Shown piece after piece: positions 28,308 through 42,395 of a stretch of 64,000 bases of DNA. Origin of the DNA: Octopus sinensis. Taxonomy: Eukaryota. Below the pieces are notes generated by a model. The model had not been told where the DNA came from, did not search any database, and saw only the letters and a program-made list of their open reading frames with translations. The first letter of the stretch is position 1; each line of letters opens with the position of its first letter. The position numbers were made by a program, and so were the translations under genes. The stretch spans positions 102,858,001 through 102,922,000 of the forward strand of contig NC_042999.1 of NCBI RefSeq assembly GCF_006345805.1. The letters run 5' to 3'.

Positions 28308-28349
28308 CATATATGTATATATATATACATATATATATACATACACTAT

Positions 28350-28392
<43 letters not shown>

Positions 28393-28419
28393 ATATATAT
28401 ATACATATATATATACACA

Positions 28420-28450
<31 letters not shown>

Positions 28451-28535
28451 AATCTCTAATATATAACATATATATACACACACACACATATATATATATA
28501 TACACATACACACACACACACAAACACACACACAA

Positions 28536-28622
<87 letters not shown>

Positions 28623-29046
28623 TTATGATATTGCTATTAGCGCCAGCTTTAGATCCCTAATAATACTACCAGTTAGTAACTCTCCTCTAGGACATAAAAT
28701 TCTTTATTTCCGTTCTTTACTTTAATTTATTGATTATAACCAGTCTCTTACTTGACGTTTCTATTTACATATTATGTAATCTTAGCTATAATATATCCTA
28801 ATTCATAAGATTAACATTGGGATATTTTGATAGGGTTACTGATCAACGTATGTGTGTTTGTAATATTGTCTGTCTGTTAATGCGTGTAAATATATCTGTG
28901 TGCATGTATACACACAAATAATGATATAGAGTGATATAATCATATATATATATTAGAGAACACACACAATATATATATATATATATATAGGTATATACAT
29001 ATATAAAGTACGATTTATTCGTAATCAGAGATGTTCGAAAACCGAG

Positions 29047-29093
<47 letters not shown>

Positions 29094-29113
29094 ATTATAT
29101 ATATATATATAGA

Positions 29114-29144
<31 letters not shown>

Positions 29145-29295
29145 TATAACATATATATATATATGTACATATATATATATATGTACATATATATGTATAT
29201 AAATGTATATGTATGTATAATATATTGATATATATATATATATATATATATATACATTTATATAATATATATATGTACATATATATGTATGTAAA

Positions 29296-29371
<76 letters not shown>

Positions 29372-30303
29372 TGTATATATGTATATATATGTATATATAT
29401 ATTAGAGAATGAAGAATTTTATACTTTAGAAACTCCTATTTTGCCATAAATATTTTTGTGTATGTGAGCTGGTGTGCGCGTATGGGGAGGGGCGTATGTT
29501 TATGAATGTGTCTGTGAAAATTCATATAAGGTGTATGTGTGTAAATGTGTGTGCCGTTATAAATTGTCTTGCAATGACCTATCTGTCCTCGTGAGTAAGC
29601 CGTGCGTGAAATTCTAATAGTTCAGCTCGCTTTGTTATGCACCTAAGTAACCGTATTATAACAAATATCTTTATTTGAAGCAAGCCAAGTCTCCTCCAAT
29701 CTTTCTTTTTATTTCCCTATTCACTTTTCTGCATATATTATGTTGCTGTTATTTTTTTCATTTTACTTGCTTTTTTTCCTCTATGTTTATCATGTGATTT
29801 TAAACCTTTAATCATTACAGGGTATTCGGCCAAATTTTTGGCAATTATAATCAACTTATTTTACTCAAGTTTCTTATATTTTTTAACCATTGATTGAACT
29901 ATTTTCCTGAATTTATAGTTATCTATTATCTTCGCCCCCACCCCCTTTTTAGCACTTTCCATTTATGATCATTCTAGTATTTATAAAGGGTAAAGTTTGC
30001 TAAACACATCTATTGTCAGCTAATTTATTGCAGATCAGAAGTTTGACTTGCCATGAAATGAAATAGTATGTAGTCTTTCCGTTATGCTACAACACAATTA
30101 TGTATATAAGTGTGTGTATATGTGCATGAGAGTTTGTTTACTATTTTTTTCTTTTATTTTTTACTTGTTGCAGTCACTTGACTGAAGTTATATTGAATGA
30201 TCTTAGTCGAATATTTTGACCACTTGAATTATTTTTTAAGCCTAGTGCTTATTCTCTCGGTCTCTTTTGCTGCACTGTTAAGTTACGGATATCTAAACCT
30301 AGT

Positions 30304-30538
30304 AAGGCGGCGAGCTGGCAGAAACGTTAGCACGCCGGCCGAAATGCTTAGCGGTATTTCGTCTGCGTTACGTTGTGAGTTCAAATTCCGCCGAGGTCGA
30401 CTTTGCCTTTCATCCTTTCGGGGTCGATAAATTAAGTACCAGTTACGAACTGGGGTCGATGTAATCGACTTAATACCTATGTCTGTCCTTGTTTGTACTC
30501 TCTGTGTTTAGCCCCTTGTGGGTAATAATGAAATAGGT
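30304..30538 (+). mobile_element. tRNA-derived SINE (family C), near full length
   Basis: AAGGCGGCGAGCTGGCAGAAACGTTAGC...GAGTTCAAATTCCGCCGAGGTCGACTTTGCC. Confidence 0.8.
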
Positions 30539-30687
30539 ATGTAAACATATCACTAGAAAACGAACTTTTTTTCGAACAACGAAAAAAAAAATACAGAGAA
30601 ACGAGACATGCAACTTAAAGAATATTCCTCTTCATCAGTTGTCCCTGTTTCATCTGCTCTGCGTTTGAGGGCAAGGACAATACGCGA

Positions 30688-30898
30688 CTTCGTTGAAACA
30701 GTCCTTCCCGTAAAGCAAATTAAATAAAATTTGCGATTTTTTTGCGGAGGGTGAAAGTGATCGTCTTGGCTTAACAGCCCTCACCGTTTCTTTTTACTGT
30801 TTTGTTTTCACTGTCCTGTTTTTGTTACCACTTTCACCACTGCAAAAAATCCCAAATTTTATATAATTTGCATTGCGGGACGGACTGTTTCAACGAAG
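30688..30898. repeat. Imperfect inverted repeat (~70-bp arms)
   Basis: CTTCGTTGAAACAGTCC...GTGAAAGTG (30688-30759) vs CACTTTCACC...GGACTGTTTCAACGAAG (30829-30898). Confidence 0.75.
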
Positions 30899-31052
30899 AT
30901 TACAAAAAACTAGTAAGAAATGGAATAAACATTTATTCTCTCACGTCTCTTAGCTGGTCCTGTATATATATATATTATATAGAATTATATATTATATATT
31001 ATATATATATAATATATATATAGATATATATATATATATTATTATATATAGA

Positions 31053-31107
<55 letters not shown>

Positions 31108-31484
31108 GTGGTGTGTGTGTGTGTGTGTATACTCACAGTTCTATACATGAATGTATGTATGTATGTAGTATGTATGTATGTATGTATGTATGTATGTATG
31201 TATGTATGTATGTATCTATCTGTCTATCAGAATGCATTTTAAGTAAAGTATTCCTTTGAAAAAGACTATGTATGTGTGGGGGATGCACATGTGTATGTAG
31301 TTGTGGTTACGTACAGCTGTACGCACGGTTATGTGTTAAAATTCACTCACGAGACTTACGCGAACCCAGGGCAATTATACAAGATGCTTGCATAAGCTGC
31401 CTCGCAGTTGAAATTGAATCCAGAGACAAATAACTGCAAAGTAAAGCAATACCCAACATATGTGTCATTTTTTTCTTTTTACAG

Positions 31485-31597
31485 ATTCCATGTCGTATCA
31501 AAGCAAAACCGAAGGGTCAAATATTGATTTCAAAAATCATATATTTTCTTCTTTCCCGCCGGATGATGTCTCTATAAGATCTGCTGTTTTGAACCAG
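31485..31597 (+). CDS. Aquaglyceroporin exon (loop C to start of TM4)
   Basis: tttttacag|AT...CAG|gtatt. DSMSYQSKTEGSNIDFKNHIFSSFPPDDVSIRSAVLNQ resembles the glyceroporin motif 'IFATYP...FxDQ'. Phase 1 in, 0 out, fitting both neighbours. Confidence 0.88.
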
Positions 31598-31901
31598 GTA
31601 TTATGGATTATTATTTCAAAGTATGATTTTATAGCAATAATTTCTATGTCTCATTCAGTTTAAGCGGTTAGCTCGGAACTTTTTCCAATTAGTGAGAAAT
31701 ATAATCTCATCTACTCACTGCGAACATGTATGTGTGTATGTGTGTGTGTATTATTATATAATATATCTATATAATATATTAAAATTATAAATGAGGGTGA
31801 AAAATCGATATTATTATAATAACCGTCAATTTAACACCAAGTGGCTAGCACAAAAAACTACGGAGGAAATACAATTTTACATAAATTATGACTCTCTAAT
31901 A

Positions 31902-31946
<45 letters not shown>

Positions 31947-33068
31947 ATATATATATTATTTATTTTATATATATAAATGTATTATATATATATGTATGTA
32001 GGTATGTATGTGTAATACATGTGTCTTTTATCTTTTCTTTTATAACAAACTTGTTACGGCTGTCAAGCTGTGGTGGAGAGCAAACATAAAGACAAAGACA
32101 CCCCCACACACGCCTGCACGCACACACACACACATGGATGCATACATGCATATACATATACACATGAAAGCATACATATATATATATATATATATACATA
32201 CATACATATCTGTGTGTTTATATATATAAGCACATACACACGTACACACACACACACACACACACACACAAATACACGCGCACTCACATACACACATATA
32301 GAGGTGTGTGTGTGTGAGTGTGTATATGTACGAGTGTCGTATTTGTATGTGTTTCATTTAAAGACACGACTGTGTTCCTGCCTTATCTTTTTTATTACAG
32401 ATTCTTCATATTTACGTATCAGTTTCCTGCTGTTATTTTAGATCAATAAATTTCCTGAATCCGTAACATAGATTTCTAGACTATTCACAGTCGTCTCATT
32501 TCCAAGAACTGCAATAGATTTGGCAAGTGCATTGCTTCTTAAAGAGTGGTCGAATTTTTGTAATCCTTTCCGCGAAAAGCTTTTTCACCGTTAGGTTTCC
32601 TCGTCAGCAACCACGTGATAACGTGTAGCGGTCAAACAATTTTGACCGTGGGGTTTTCACGTCTGTAGTCATGTGTTGACATTTTCGCGTGTGTTTTGTT
32701 TGCATCTTTATCCACTCTGTCGCTGTGCTGCAATATGACTATGACTTCCGTGATTAATCTATTTTAGTCTGTCAGTTGTTTTAGTCATAAGACTGCTGCC
32801 AGGCTGGAACACCGCCTTGAAGAATGTTTAATCGAATGAATCGAGCCCTGTACTTATGTTTTGAAAGCCCGATACTCTATCGATAAATTTTGCTGACCCC
32901 TAAGTTACGGGAACGTAGACACACAAACAACAGTTAGCAAGCGGTGGTGAGGGACTATATATATAATATATTATATATAATATATATATATATTATATAT
33001 AATATATATATATATATAATATATACATACTACATACATACATATATCTACCTCGGGTAGATCAAAGC

Positions 33069-33095
<27 letters not shown>

Positions 33096-33106
<11 letters not shown>

Positions 33107-33793
33107 AATAAGCAACAGAATGAATCCGGTAATTAGTACAATTGTTTCATACTACAACGTTTTATGTATTCTAAATTCTTCCTTTTTTCTGCAACTAACT
33201 TAAATCCCTTTTACAGTATTCTATCACATCCCCTCACCCAAATTCCTAATACTATAAAAATGGCTCTTAGTTGTAAGTAGGGTTTTGGTCAGTTAGTATC
33301 TGACCTAAAACCTCATATGTTCCTAAGAATTCAATGATCTTTCTACACTGACCTAATTTTTCTTGTCACCACATAGTTAAATTGACCTTTTGTTCTAGTG
33401 ACAACCTGTTCTTTTACTTATCCTGAATTTCCTCCTCTTTTCTTCAACTAACTTGAATTCTTTACCTGCCCCTTACCCCAATCCTTATAACTAAAGAAAT
33501 TTCTTACAGCAGTCAGTTGTAACCGAGGTTTTGGTCAGTTAGCATCTGAACTACACGACCTCATGTTCCTAAGATTCATATCTACATATTTATCTGTATA
33601 TTTACCTTCCCTAAGATGTTATTAATTGATTTTGAAAACTTTATATCATTGGAAAACCTATATAAAATTTACCTGAAGATTACTCAGCATCTTAAATCTT
33701 CTGTAATATTTACAGCTTTTAATAAAATGTTGTAGTATGAAACAATTGTACTAAATTACCGGATTCATTCTTGTTGCTTATTTTTTGATTATA
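33096..33793 (+). mobile_element. ~700-bp hammerhead-carrying element with ~70-bp inverted ends, inserted in the (TA)n core of a SINE
   Basis: 33096-33165 is the reverse complement of 33722-33793; internal diverged direct repeat (~33167-33330 vs ~33420-33577); HHR at 33666-33757. Confidence 0.6.
33666..33757 (+). ncRNA. Type I hammerhead ribozyme with extended helix II
   Basis: AATTTA(C)-CTGAAGA-T-TACTCAGCAT...ATGTTGTAGTA-T-GAA-ACAATTGT-A-(C)TAAATT; palindromic helix III, GUA triplet, C.C mismatch at the helix I junction. Confidence 0.6.
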
Positions 33794-34948
33794 ATCACCC
33801 CGCATATTTTTATGGGTAACACCATACAAAATTCTGGTGCATCTAAATTAAGTACCATATTCATTTGAATCTATATATATATATATACACGACGAGCTTC
33901 TTTCAGTTTCCGTCTATCAAATCCACTCACAAGGCTTTGATCTACCTGAGATTATTGTACAAGACATTTACCCAAGGTGTAATGCAGTAAGACTCTGAGG
34001 TATTTTAAAATGTATGCAAGTATTATCCCCACGAGATCTATCTGAATTTGTTTCATGATGTGTGATAGTGAGACCTTGTTGTATATGCATGGAAAGCATA
34101 GATACCAGTGTTGTGGTAATATGCCCAATGTAACAACTGCAATCCTAATTGTAAAACTAAGGTTTACAATTAAATTTGTGCAATATGTTGGTCATTAGTG
34201 GCTTTCCTCGCGTTTACGAGGTTGTGGCCCGCTAATACGAAGGAACATCTTGGTTTTAGTTGTTTTTGTGGTATACTATTAGTTTTAGATGATGGTTGGA
34301 TGTGATACATCTTGCGCTCCGTTTTATGAGGTTTTTGTTTATGAATTCTTCTGTTCAATAGATGTTATGCATTTAAATCATATAATAAAATTTATGTGCG
34401 ATTTGTGCATTTTCATTAGGTGTATTCTCTGATGTACTTATATAATATAACGAGTACATACATGCATATATATATAAATGTATAAAGATATGTATGCGCG
34501 TGTGTGGGCGTGTATGTGAGTTTATATTCCAAGTATGATGTATGTATTTATTACATACCAAGAAGCGTCATTTCATTCAGTAGCGTTCTGTTAAATTGGA
34601 TCTCATCTTGAATTGCACACACATACACACACACACACGCACACACACACGCAAACACACACACATACACACACACACACACATACACACACACAACACA
34701 CACACACACACACCATTAACGCACGCGTGCTTATCTCCAAATCAGAATTACCCATTCTGTTATTTTTCAAATTTATGCTGCACCAAAATGTTATCCCCGC
34801 TTAAAGACCCATGTTATGCAGAGTGACCACGTAAAGCTCTCTAATTAGCTCAATATATGTATGCATATTTGTATATACTTATATGTATATTTGTATATAT
34901 GTATATATGGCTTGTTGAATAGCTGGATTATGTATATGTGTATGTATA

Positions 34949-36016
34949 CGAGGTGGTGTCAAAAAAAGTTCCCGGACTGGTTCTGTAACGCACCAACGGA
35001 TGACGGCACACAATTGCAAGCGCAATGAGAGGTATCAGTGACCTTCATTAAGTAGTATGCCGAGTGACATTACCATGTTTACTTCGAAAATTGTGAAATC
35101 TTGATTTAAATTTGGGAAGTCTCCTACAGAGATTTTGAGCATGCTTTAGCGAGCTTACGGCAACAAGGCAACGAATCGTACCGAATGTTTCGAGTGACAC
35201 GGGCGATTCAAAAGCGGACAGCAGAGCCGCAGCTCAATTGATAACATGCTTATCATTTTTGTTTTGTTCAACATCTGCGGTATTGTACATCAAGAATTCT
35301 TCCCAAAGCACCAGACCGTCAGTCGAGAGTTCTACTGCGACGTTTTGAAACGTTTGAGGGAGGACTTCGACAAAAGAGAGCGGATCTGTGGTGCGCGAAG
35401 AATTGGATTCTTCATCGAGCTCTCCTCACTCGCGAGTTTCTCTCCAAAAACAACATGGTATCGCTTCCGCACCCGCCCTATTCCCCAAATTTAGCACCCG
35501 CGGACTTCCATATCTTCTCCAAGATGAAAATGTAGCTCAAAGGTCGCCGGTTTAACATCGTTATCGAGATCAAGTACGAATAACAGAAGGTCCTCGACTG
35601 GCTTACAGAAAATTTCTTGCAGACCGGATTCCAAAAGTGGCAGGAACACTGGGACCGGAGTATTGCTGCGCAAGTTGACTATTTCGAAGATGTTAAAACG
35701 TAGGTAAATAAATTACCATTTATTATTAAACACTAGCAGAGATACCCGGCGTTTCTCAGGATTAAAATGGCATAGTTTGTATATATATTACAGATATATT
35801 GAAATAGGTGATACCGGAAAGTGCAGCATTGACGACAAAACATTTGTGGAGTAAATAATGGGCTAATTCGACTAAGCGACATGTCATGGAAAATTGGGGG
35901 TGGGGGTATGTGCATGCTTTTGCTGATCTTAAGAAATGCATAGGTACTACACACGCAGACGTCTTAGGTTTTATATATATAGATAACTAGTCCAGGAACC
36001 TTTTGATACCACCTCA
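34949..36016 (+). mobile_element. Internally deleted mariner element with TIRs and TA target duplication
   Basis: TA|CGAGGTGGTGTCAAAAAAAGTTCCCGGACTGGTT ... AACTAGTCCAGGAACCTTTTGATACCACCTCA|TA; peptides 'GIVHQEF...QTVSREFYCDVLKRLRE' and 'HPPYSPNLAPADFHIF' (YSPDLAP motif). Confidence 0.85.
35733..35983 (-). mobile_element. Non-autonomous Helitron-like element nested in the mariner
   Basis: Reverse strand begins A|TCTATATATATAAAA and ends ...CGCCGGGTATCTCTGCTAG|T, with a subterminal GC hairpin. Confidence 0.6.
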
Positions 36017-36077
36017 TATATATATATATATACTTGTAATCATGTGTAAGGTGCATTCATATATATAAATGTTTGTA

Positions 36078-36118
<41 letters not shown>

Positions 36119-36851
36119 CTTCTAGGCGGCCAAAAGCAGAGTCTTTAGATCATCGGATGGATTGCTTTGAAGTAATCATCCTAATTCACTAGTTCTGAGT
36201 TTAAAAAGCTCCGAGATCCCTTTCGGCTTTCGTCATTTCTATGTCGATAAATAAAAAGTACCATTTCTATACGGCAGTCGATTCTTCTCTTTCCTTCTGT
36301 CCTTCTGTTCTTGAGGAAAATCGACTGCCGTTAGGCCAGGAGAAGCATCGTCTCCGGCATGTCGAAAATGCCTAAAATACTTCGTATCACAACGACTTCA
36401 TGGAGAAGTTCAGGGCCTATGGCAAGGTATATATGTATGTACGTGTATATGTTTTTATATATATTACATATTTGTAATGAATGTGCGTATGTATATATGT
36501 TCGTTTCTGTATGTATGCATATATGTATCTATGTATGTAAATGTCTATGCGTATGTATTCCTATGTGTGCACGAATGTTTCTATGTATGCTTTTATGTAT
36601 GTATACAATATATGTAAGCTCTTACGTATATGCATGCATATGTGTATGGGCATATGTATTTATGTGAGCATAAGCATATATATATGTATTTATGCATGTA
36701 TGGATAAGTGCTATGGCAAGAAGATGTGAAGATCATCATTGATAGATTGTAAAGATAATAGTCGTAATTTGTCCAATCATATACCTATTTTCTATTTCTT
36801 CGACCACTATAAATTGGTTATATATCTTATTACAGTATTCTTCGTTTTCAG

Positions 36852-37066
36852 ATTATAGCTGCTTTTCTGCTAGTGATTGGCATTCTCGCCATTACTGACA
36901 CTGATAATATTCAATACAACCCAATTATGTTACCAATCACAGTAGGAATCCTACTCACGGCTATCATAGCTTCCTTTTCGCTCAACGAATGCGCAATAAA
37001 TCCTGCCATAGATGTTGCCGGAAGAATTCTGCTTGCAGCAATATCAGGAAACTCAACAGTCTTTAG
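36852..37066 (+). CDS. Aquaglyceroporin exon with second NPA box (NPAID)
   Basis: ttttcag|ATT...TTTAG|gtatg. IIAAFLLVIGILAITDTDNIQYNPIMLPITVGILLTAIIASFSLNECAINPAIDVAGRILLAAISGNSTVF; the Asp after NPAx is the glyceroporin hallmark. Phase 0 in, 2 out. Confidence 0.95.
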
Positions 37067-37238
37067 GTATGTTTGACCACTCATCGAACGAGCCCTTAGT
37101 TCTTTTATTTTTCTTGAAATGAAAACAATGTTGTTGATGTTATGGTTGTTGTTGTCGCTAAGCCCTAAAGTCAATCGTGATTGATCTCTCCTGTGATCAA
37201 AAGCACTTCAGGTAAGAAATTTGTCTTTGAAGGAGTAT

Positions 37239-37630
37239 ACTCTTTTACTCTTTTACACTTTTATTTGTTTCAGTCATTTGTCTGCAGCCATGCTGGAGCA
37301 CCGCCTTTAATCGAGCAACTCGACCCCGGGACTTATTCTTTTGTAAGCCCAGTACTTATTCTATCGGTCTCTTTTGCCGAAGCACTAAGTTACGGGGACA
37401 TAAACACACCAGCATCGGTTATCAAGCAATGCTAGGCGGACAAACACAGACACACAAACACACACACGCATATATATACATATATACGACGGGCTTCTTT
37501 CAGTTTCTGTCTACCAAATCCACTTACGAGGCTATAGTAGAAGACACTTGCCCAAGGTGCCACGCAGTGGGACTGAACCCGGAACCATGTGGTTGGTAAA
37601 CAAGCTACTTACCACACAGCCACTCCTGCG
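37239..37630 (-). mobile_element. tRNA-derived SINE (family A)
   Basis: Highly similar to 10792-11203; lies just downstream of the NPAID exon. Confidence 0.85.
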
Positions 37631-39020
37631 TATCTTCAACTATATTGTAGACATTGGCATATATGTTAGAGCGTTGGCCAATATTCTGTCTCTTCGCGTC
37701 TTGTGTTCAAATCTGGCCGATGTGGATTTTGTCTTTAATTCTTTCGGAGTCGATACGCAAAGTAGCAGTGGAGTGCAGTGGACTAGTGGAATCGTTTGCA
37801 CGTCAGACTGACTGGACGCCTTGCGTTATTTGTACCAGTTCACCAGTAGTTAACCATGGACACCATTATGATAATCCTTTTTTTAGAGCAGGCGGTAGCT
37901 GCTGCTGCTGATGCTGCTGCTGATGATGATGATGAATTCCTTATCTAATGTTTCCTTCGTTGTCTGACAAGGTTGTGGTGTGATTTGAGAGGGATTCTGC
38001 TGCTAATGCAAACAAGCCAAGGAACTATATTAGATGCCCCCACTCTGATTAGCTCGGGAAAATATTTTTCAAATAGCGGTGCAATGCCATTTGTTGTAGG
38101 TGGGCGGGGGTTTCTGTAATGAAAAATACTACTATATCAGTACTTCACTGGTACTTTATTTTATCGACCCCAAAGATTAACACTGTTACATTTTAGACTA
38201 AAAGAATAGAAAGGGATATAAATTAAAACGGCAAAATATTTGATCCGCCATGTTAGCGTTTCTACCAATGCATTACCTTTAGTGTATCATTCAACTACGG
38301 TAGTAGTGGAATAATATTCTTAAGGCCACAGTTTACTCACATGCAGCATATTTCAAGGCTTGTCACTGATTCAGTTCTTAATCAAATTGAAAACTGTTAA
38401 CATTTTTGAAGAGAACTGGTCCCTTGCTACATTTTGACAAAACAAATTGAAATTTAGTCCAGTAGAAAAGGTTTACATCAAAATTTGTAGCAACGTTATT
38501 GGAGAGTAAGTAACACCTCCAATCAAGTTTAGATTTGAATAACTTTTTTTTTATTTTAAAGGCAAAATATTTTTTATCTTAGCTTCAATGATAGAAGAAA
38601 GCATGAAGAATTTCATAGTTTTGATCCCATGCAACAAAAATTTGTATCAAAAAAAGTTTTGAGGTAAAATATCATGAAAATATATATAAAGAAGGCAAAA
38701 ATTCGGATTTAAGTATAATTAACTTTTTTATTTTAAACATAAACTGTATTTTATTTAACCTTAAGTGATAGAGTACAATTCGAGGAATTTCATGGTATCA
38801 ATCTCATGCAAGAAAGTTTAAATAAAAAAAAGTTATGAGTGTTTGTTTCTCAAATTTGAGTGTAATAATATAGTTCTATACTTTTTATGGATATAGTTCT
38901 ATAATGGGACTTCTAATATATGTCACCGGCATCATTGAGATAAGGAAAAAATTATCAACGACACCGCTAATTGACACATTTGACACATTATTAATTAGCA
39001 TAATAGCATAGCCTAGAAAA

Positions 39021-40710
39021 GTTAGTTAGTTAGTTAATTTTTTGGCTCAAAAAGCAAAAAGCAAGGCCATGTAGGGGGACATAGAGTTATGTACAGGGTG
39101 GTGTTCATGTAAAGAGTTCAGGCCACTTGAGGTCAAGGGAGACTTTGAACCGAGCGGTCGTCGGCATCTTCACCATCTCGTCTGGCAGCTTATTCCACGG
39201 ATCCGCAACCCGGACGGAGAAAGCCTCCCTCCTTCGATTGAGATGAAATCGTCGCAGATAGAGCTTTTCAGAATGACCCCGCAGCCGACGCTCTGGAGCA
39301 GGAGTGAAGAACAGCTCTTTCGAGAGCTTACACTTTCCGCTTATGATGTTGTGAGCAAGAATGAGATCTCCACGGCGACGTCGTTTTTCTAGAGAATAAA
39401 GATTGAGCGTCTTCAGCCTTTCTTCATAAGACAAATTCTTGAGACCAAGAACCATGCGGGTAGCCAGCTTCTGGACTCTTTCGAGATGCTGTATGTCTTT
39501 GAGGAGATAAGGAGAAGAGGCTTGAATCCCGTACTCCAATATGGGTCTCACCAGCGTGACATAGAGCGGTAGGAATATGGCTGCTGTGAGCATTCCGAAT
39601 GACCGTCGAATCAAGAACAGAATTCCGCGTGCTTTGTTGGCAGTATGGACGCACTGGGCCGAAGGCGAAAAGGAGGAATCCACCAAGATACCCAGGTCCT
39701 TTACCTGATCGGTCCTCTCCAGCAGCAGCAACCCGGCTCGAAATCAAGTTGAGCTGCAGGAGGAGAGCCAACAGGCAGATGACAGCACTTTGACACGTTC
39801 AGACACAGGTCCCATTCGTTAGACCATCTCCAAATTTGGTGGAGGCATCGACGAAGATCCTCTATTTCACCGCGAGGAGCGACCAGTTTGACATCGTCGG
39901 CAAATAGAAGGGTGTGTTGCGTGAGGTCGTCGGGCAAGTCATTTATGAAGACTAAGAACAATAAGGGCCCAAGCACTGAACCTTGAGACGCGCCACTGCT
40001 CGCACTAGAGACGTCGGACCGCGAACCATTAACTTGGACTTGGAAGGAGCGATCTGAGAGGAAGGCACCAACCCATCGTACAATATCCGGATGGAAACTA
40101 TATGCTTGAAGCTTGACAAGTAATAAGCGGTGGTTTACCGAGTCAAAAGCTTTGGCAAAGTCCAATAAAACGATGTCAACAGCATCACTATCATCGAGGA
40201 GGCGCGTCACCAATTCTTCCATTACCAGTAAGTTGGTCAAGCATGATCTCTTCGGCACGAAGCCGTGTTGGGAATCAGAGATAGAGGCTGTGTTTTGGAG
40301 GTGGAGCAGCATACTTTTCTTAAGGATGGTTTCGAACATTTTGCTGATTATTGATGTAAGGGAAACCGGTCGGTAGTTAAGCGGGTCTTCGCGGCTCCCT
40401 TTCTTGAAAATTGAGCAGATTATCGCTGTTCTCCAGTCCGCAGGTATAACACCCGTCGCCAATGACTTATTGAATAGACGTGTTAAGGGCTCGCAGATGA
40501 CCGGAGCCAACGCTTTGAAAACCCCTAGGTGTCTGCCGTCAGGGCCGTGACCCTTGTTGACATCGAGGCCTTGAATAACGCGTTCGGCTTCGTCCCACGT
40601 GATGACCAATCGAAGCATTGGAGGTACCTATCTATCAAATGGAGGGGGTTCACGACCATCATCTTGTTTGAAAATAGTTGAAAAAGCCTCGGCAAATAAT
40701 TGACGCTGAA
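39021..40710 (-). mobile_element. 5'-truncated CR1-clade LINE, reverse transcriptase region, frameshifted
   Basis: ORFs 39701-40618 and 39105-39731 give NYRPVSLTS, QHGF, LDFAKAFDSV, QGSVLGPLLF, LFADD and SLEKRRRRGDL; (TAAC)n tail at ~39021-39036; higher GC than the flanks. Confidence 0.92.
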
Positions 40711-40718
40711 AAAACATG

Positions 40719-41470
40719 GATCACATGGAAAAAATGCGACCAAGAGAAACAATCTTCTTAAGATTGTAAATTTGGAAAAGTACAGGACAAGTTATTACAC
40801 TTGGAAAAGTTCAGGCCAAGTTATTACATCTGGTAAAGTACAAAACAAAAGTTTTACATAAAATACTGCAGCTAAGGATAAAATTTGAATATTAAAAATT
40901 ATTTAATTTTAATTTACAAAGTAACATTGTAATTAAAAAAAGGTACCATCATTTTGTTAAAATATTGACACACTAGGACATTTAAAAATGACAGCCAGAA
41001 GTACCAATATAGCTAAAGTTTTATGCAATGTAGAACAGTATACATCGTAGGCAAATTCATTGAGTAAAAAAAGGCATTGGGTCAAGACTAAAAATGTGAA
41101 GATTTGGCAAATTTTACTGTGAATTTGTTGTTATAGGTAGATTTTAATGTAATATACAACTAATTTTTGTATTATTCTATTTATTGTACTAATTATGTAC
41201 TACTACTATGTTTTGTAACCTATTTTCAAATTTCTAATTATTAATTAATAATTTAAAAAAATAATTTTTTAAAGTGTAAAAAATATTTTGAGATATTTTA
41301 AAATTTTAATAACAGTAACATGTAATAACAAATAGAAGTAATAGCTCGTAATAAATGTTTTTGTTTCAATAAGAGCTACTATTTTCCAAGTGTAATAACT
41401 TGTCCTGTACTTTTCCAAGATTATAATCTTAAGAATATTATTTCTCTTGCTCGCAATTTTCCATGTAATC
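40719..41470. mobile_element. MITE/fold-back element with ~90-bp imperfect TIRs
   Basis: 40719-40808 vs 41382-41470 inverted (core TTGGAAAAGTACAGGACAAGTTATTACACTTGGAAAA); AT-rich non-coding interior. Confidence 0.75.
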
Positions 41471-42395
41471 ACATATATCTGTGAGCTGGAAAGACATTAC
41501 TAATGATTAATGTTCTGTGACAAGTCACAGTATGATGAAGGGAGTTTAAAGCCGGTTAGTAATAAGTCCTTAGTATACCACTCTTATAATGTTTGGCATT
41601 TGTTGTTATATAACTGTAGATTAAGCCTGATGGAGCAAACTGTTTAGAGGAGGGGTTCTAGTAATTAAGTTAATTTTATCATACATTCTCCCCTTCTTTT
41701 AAGGCGGTGGAGACTTAGTTGTTATTTTTAGCAGGTTGAGTAGCCATAGTGTACCAGCAGGATAACTGCTGTTTTGCTCAAACTGATAAAAGGATGACAT
41801 TTCAGGCAAATTCTTCTAAAGCGATATGCAAGATTTGGCTATATCATCGCTGATAACGAATTTATGAACTATAATCTATTATTAACGTTTTTAATACAGG
41901 AAACATAAAAAAGTTAACTAGATATAAAGTAAACCATATTAGTCAATGACGGTTATTAATTTAATCATTTTGGTAAAAGGGTTGACAATTCCGGCCTTGC
42001 TTAGAAATTATGGATATTGATTTCGGATTTATGGTCACTGACATAAGATTGCGGAATAATTCTGAATTTGACCAACAAAAATACAATTATTTCACTTTGT
42101 AAAAAGTACTAAGCCTTAAGCATGATGGCACAGGAATCATTACAATTCTAAAATAAGTGATGTCGGCAAAAAAGACCGTGAAACGTTGGAAGTTTTATCA
42201 CTTGTTTAGTAATCAATGAAGAAACGACAATCGTCACAAAGCTTTTAAACTTTAAGAATACCGATACATAATTCGCTCAACATGCATATTGAATATTCTC
42301 TTTTTATTCTATGACATTACCTGATTATCATACTGCAGTATACATATGTACACACACATACACATCCATCAATCTATCCCTCCCTCCCCCCCCCC

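Noticed and set aside
38520-38870. Possible fold-back DNA-transposon remnant (AATAACTTTTTT / AAAAAAGTTAT motifs)
   Set aside because: Too degenerate to define termini or a family.
40113-40376. + strand ORFs overlapping the LINE
   Set aside because: Antisense shadows of the CR1 RT frame.
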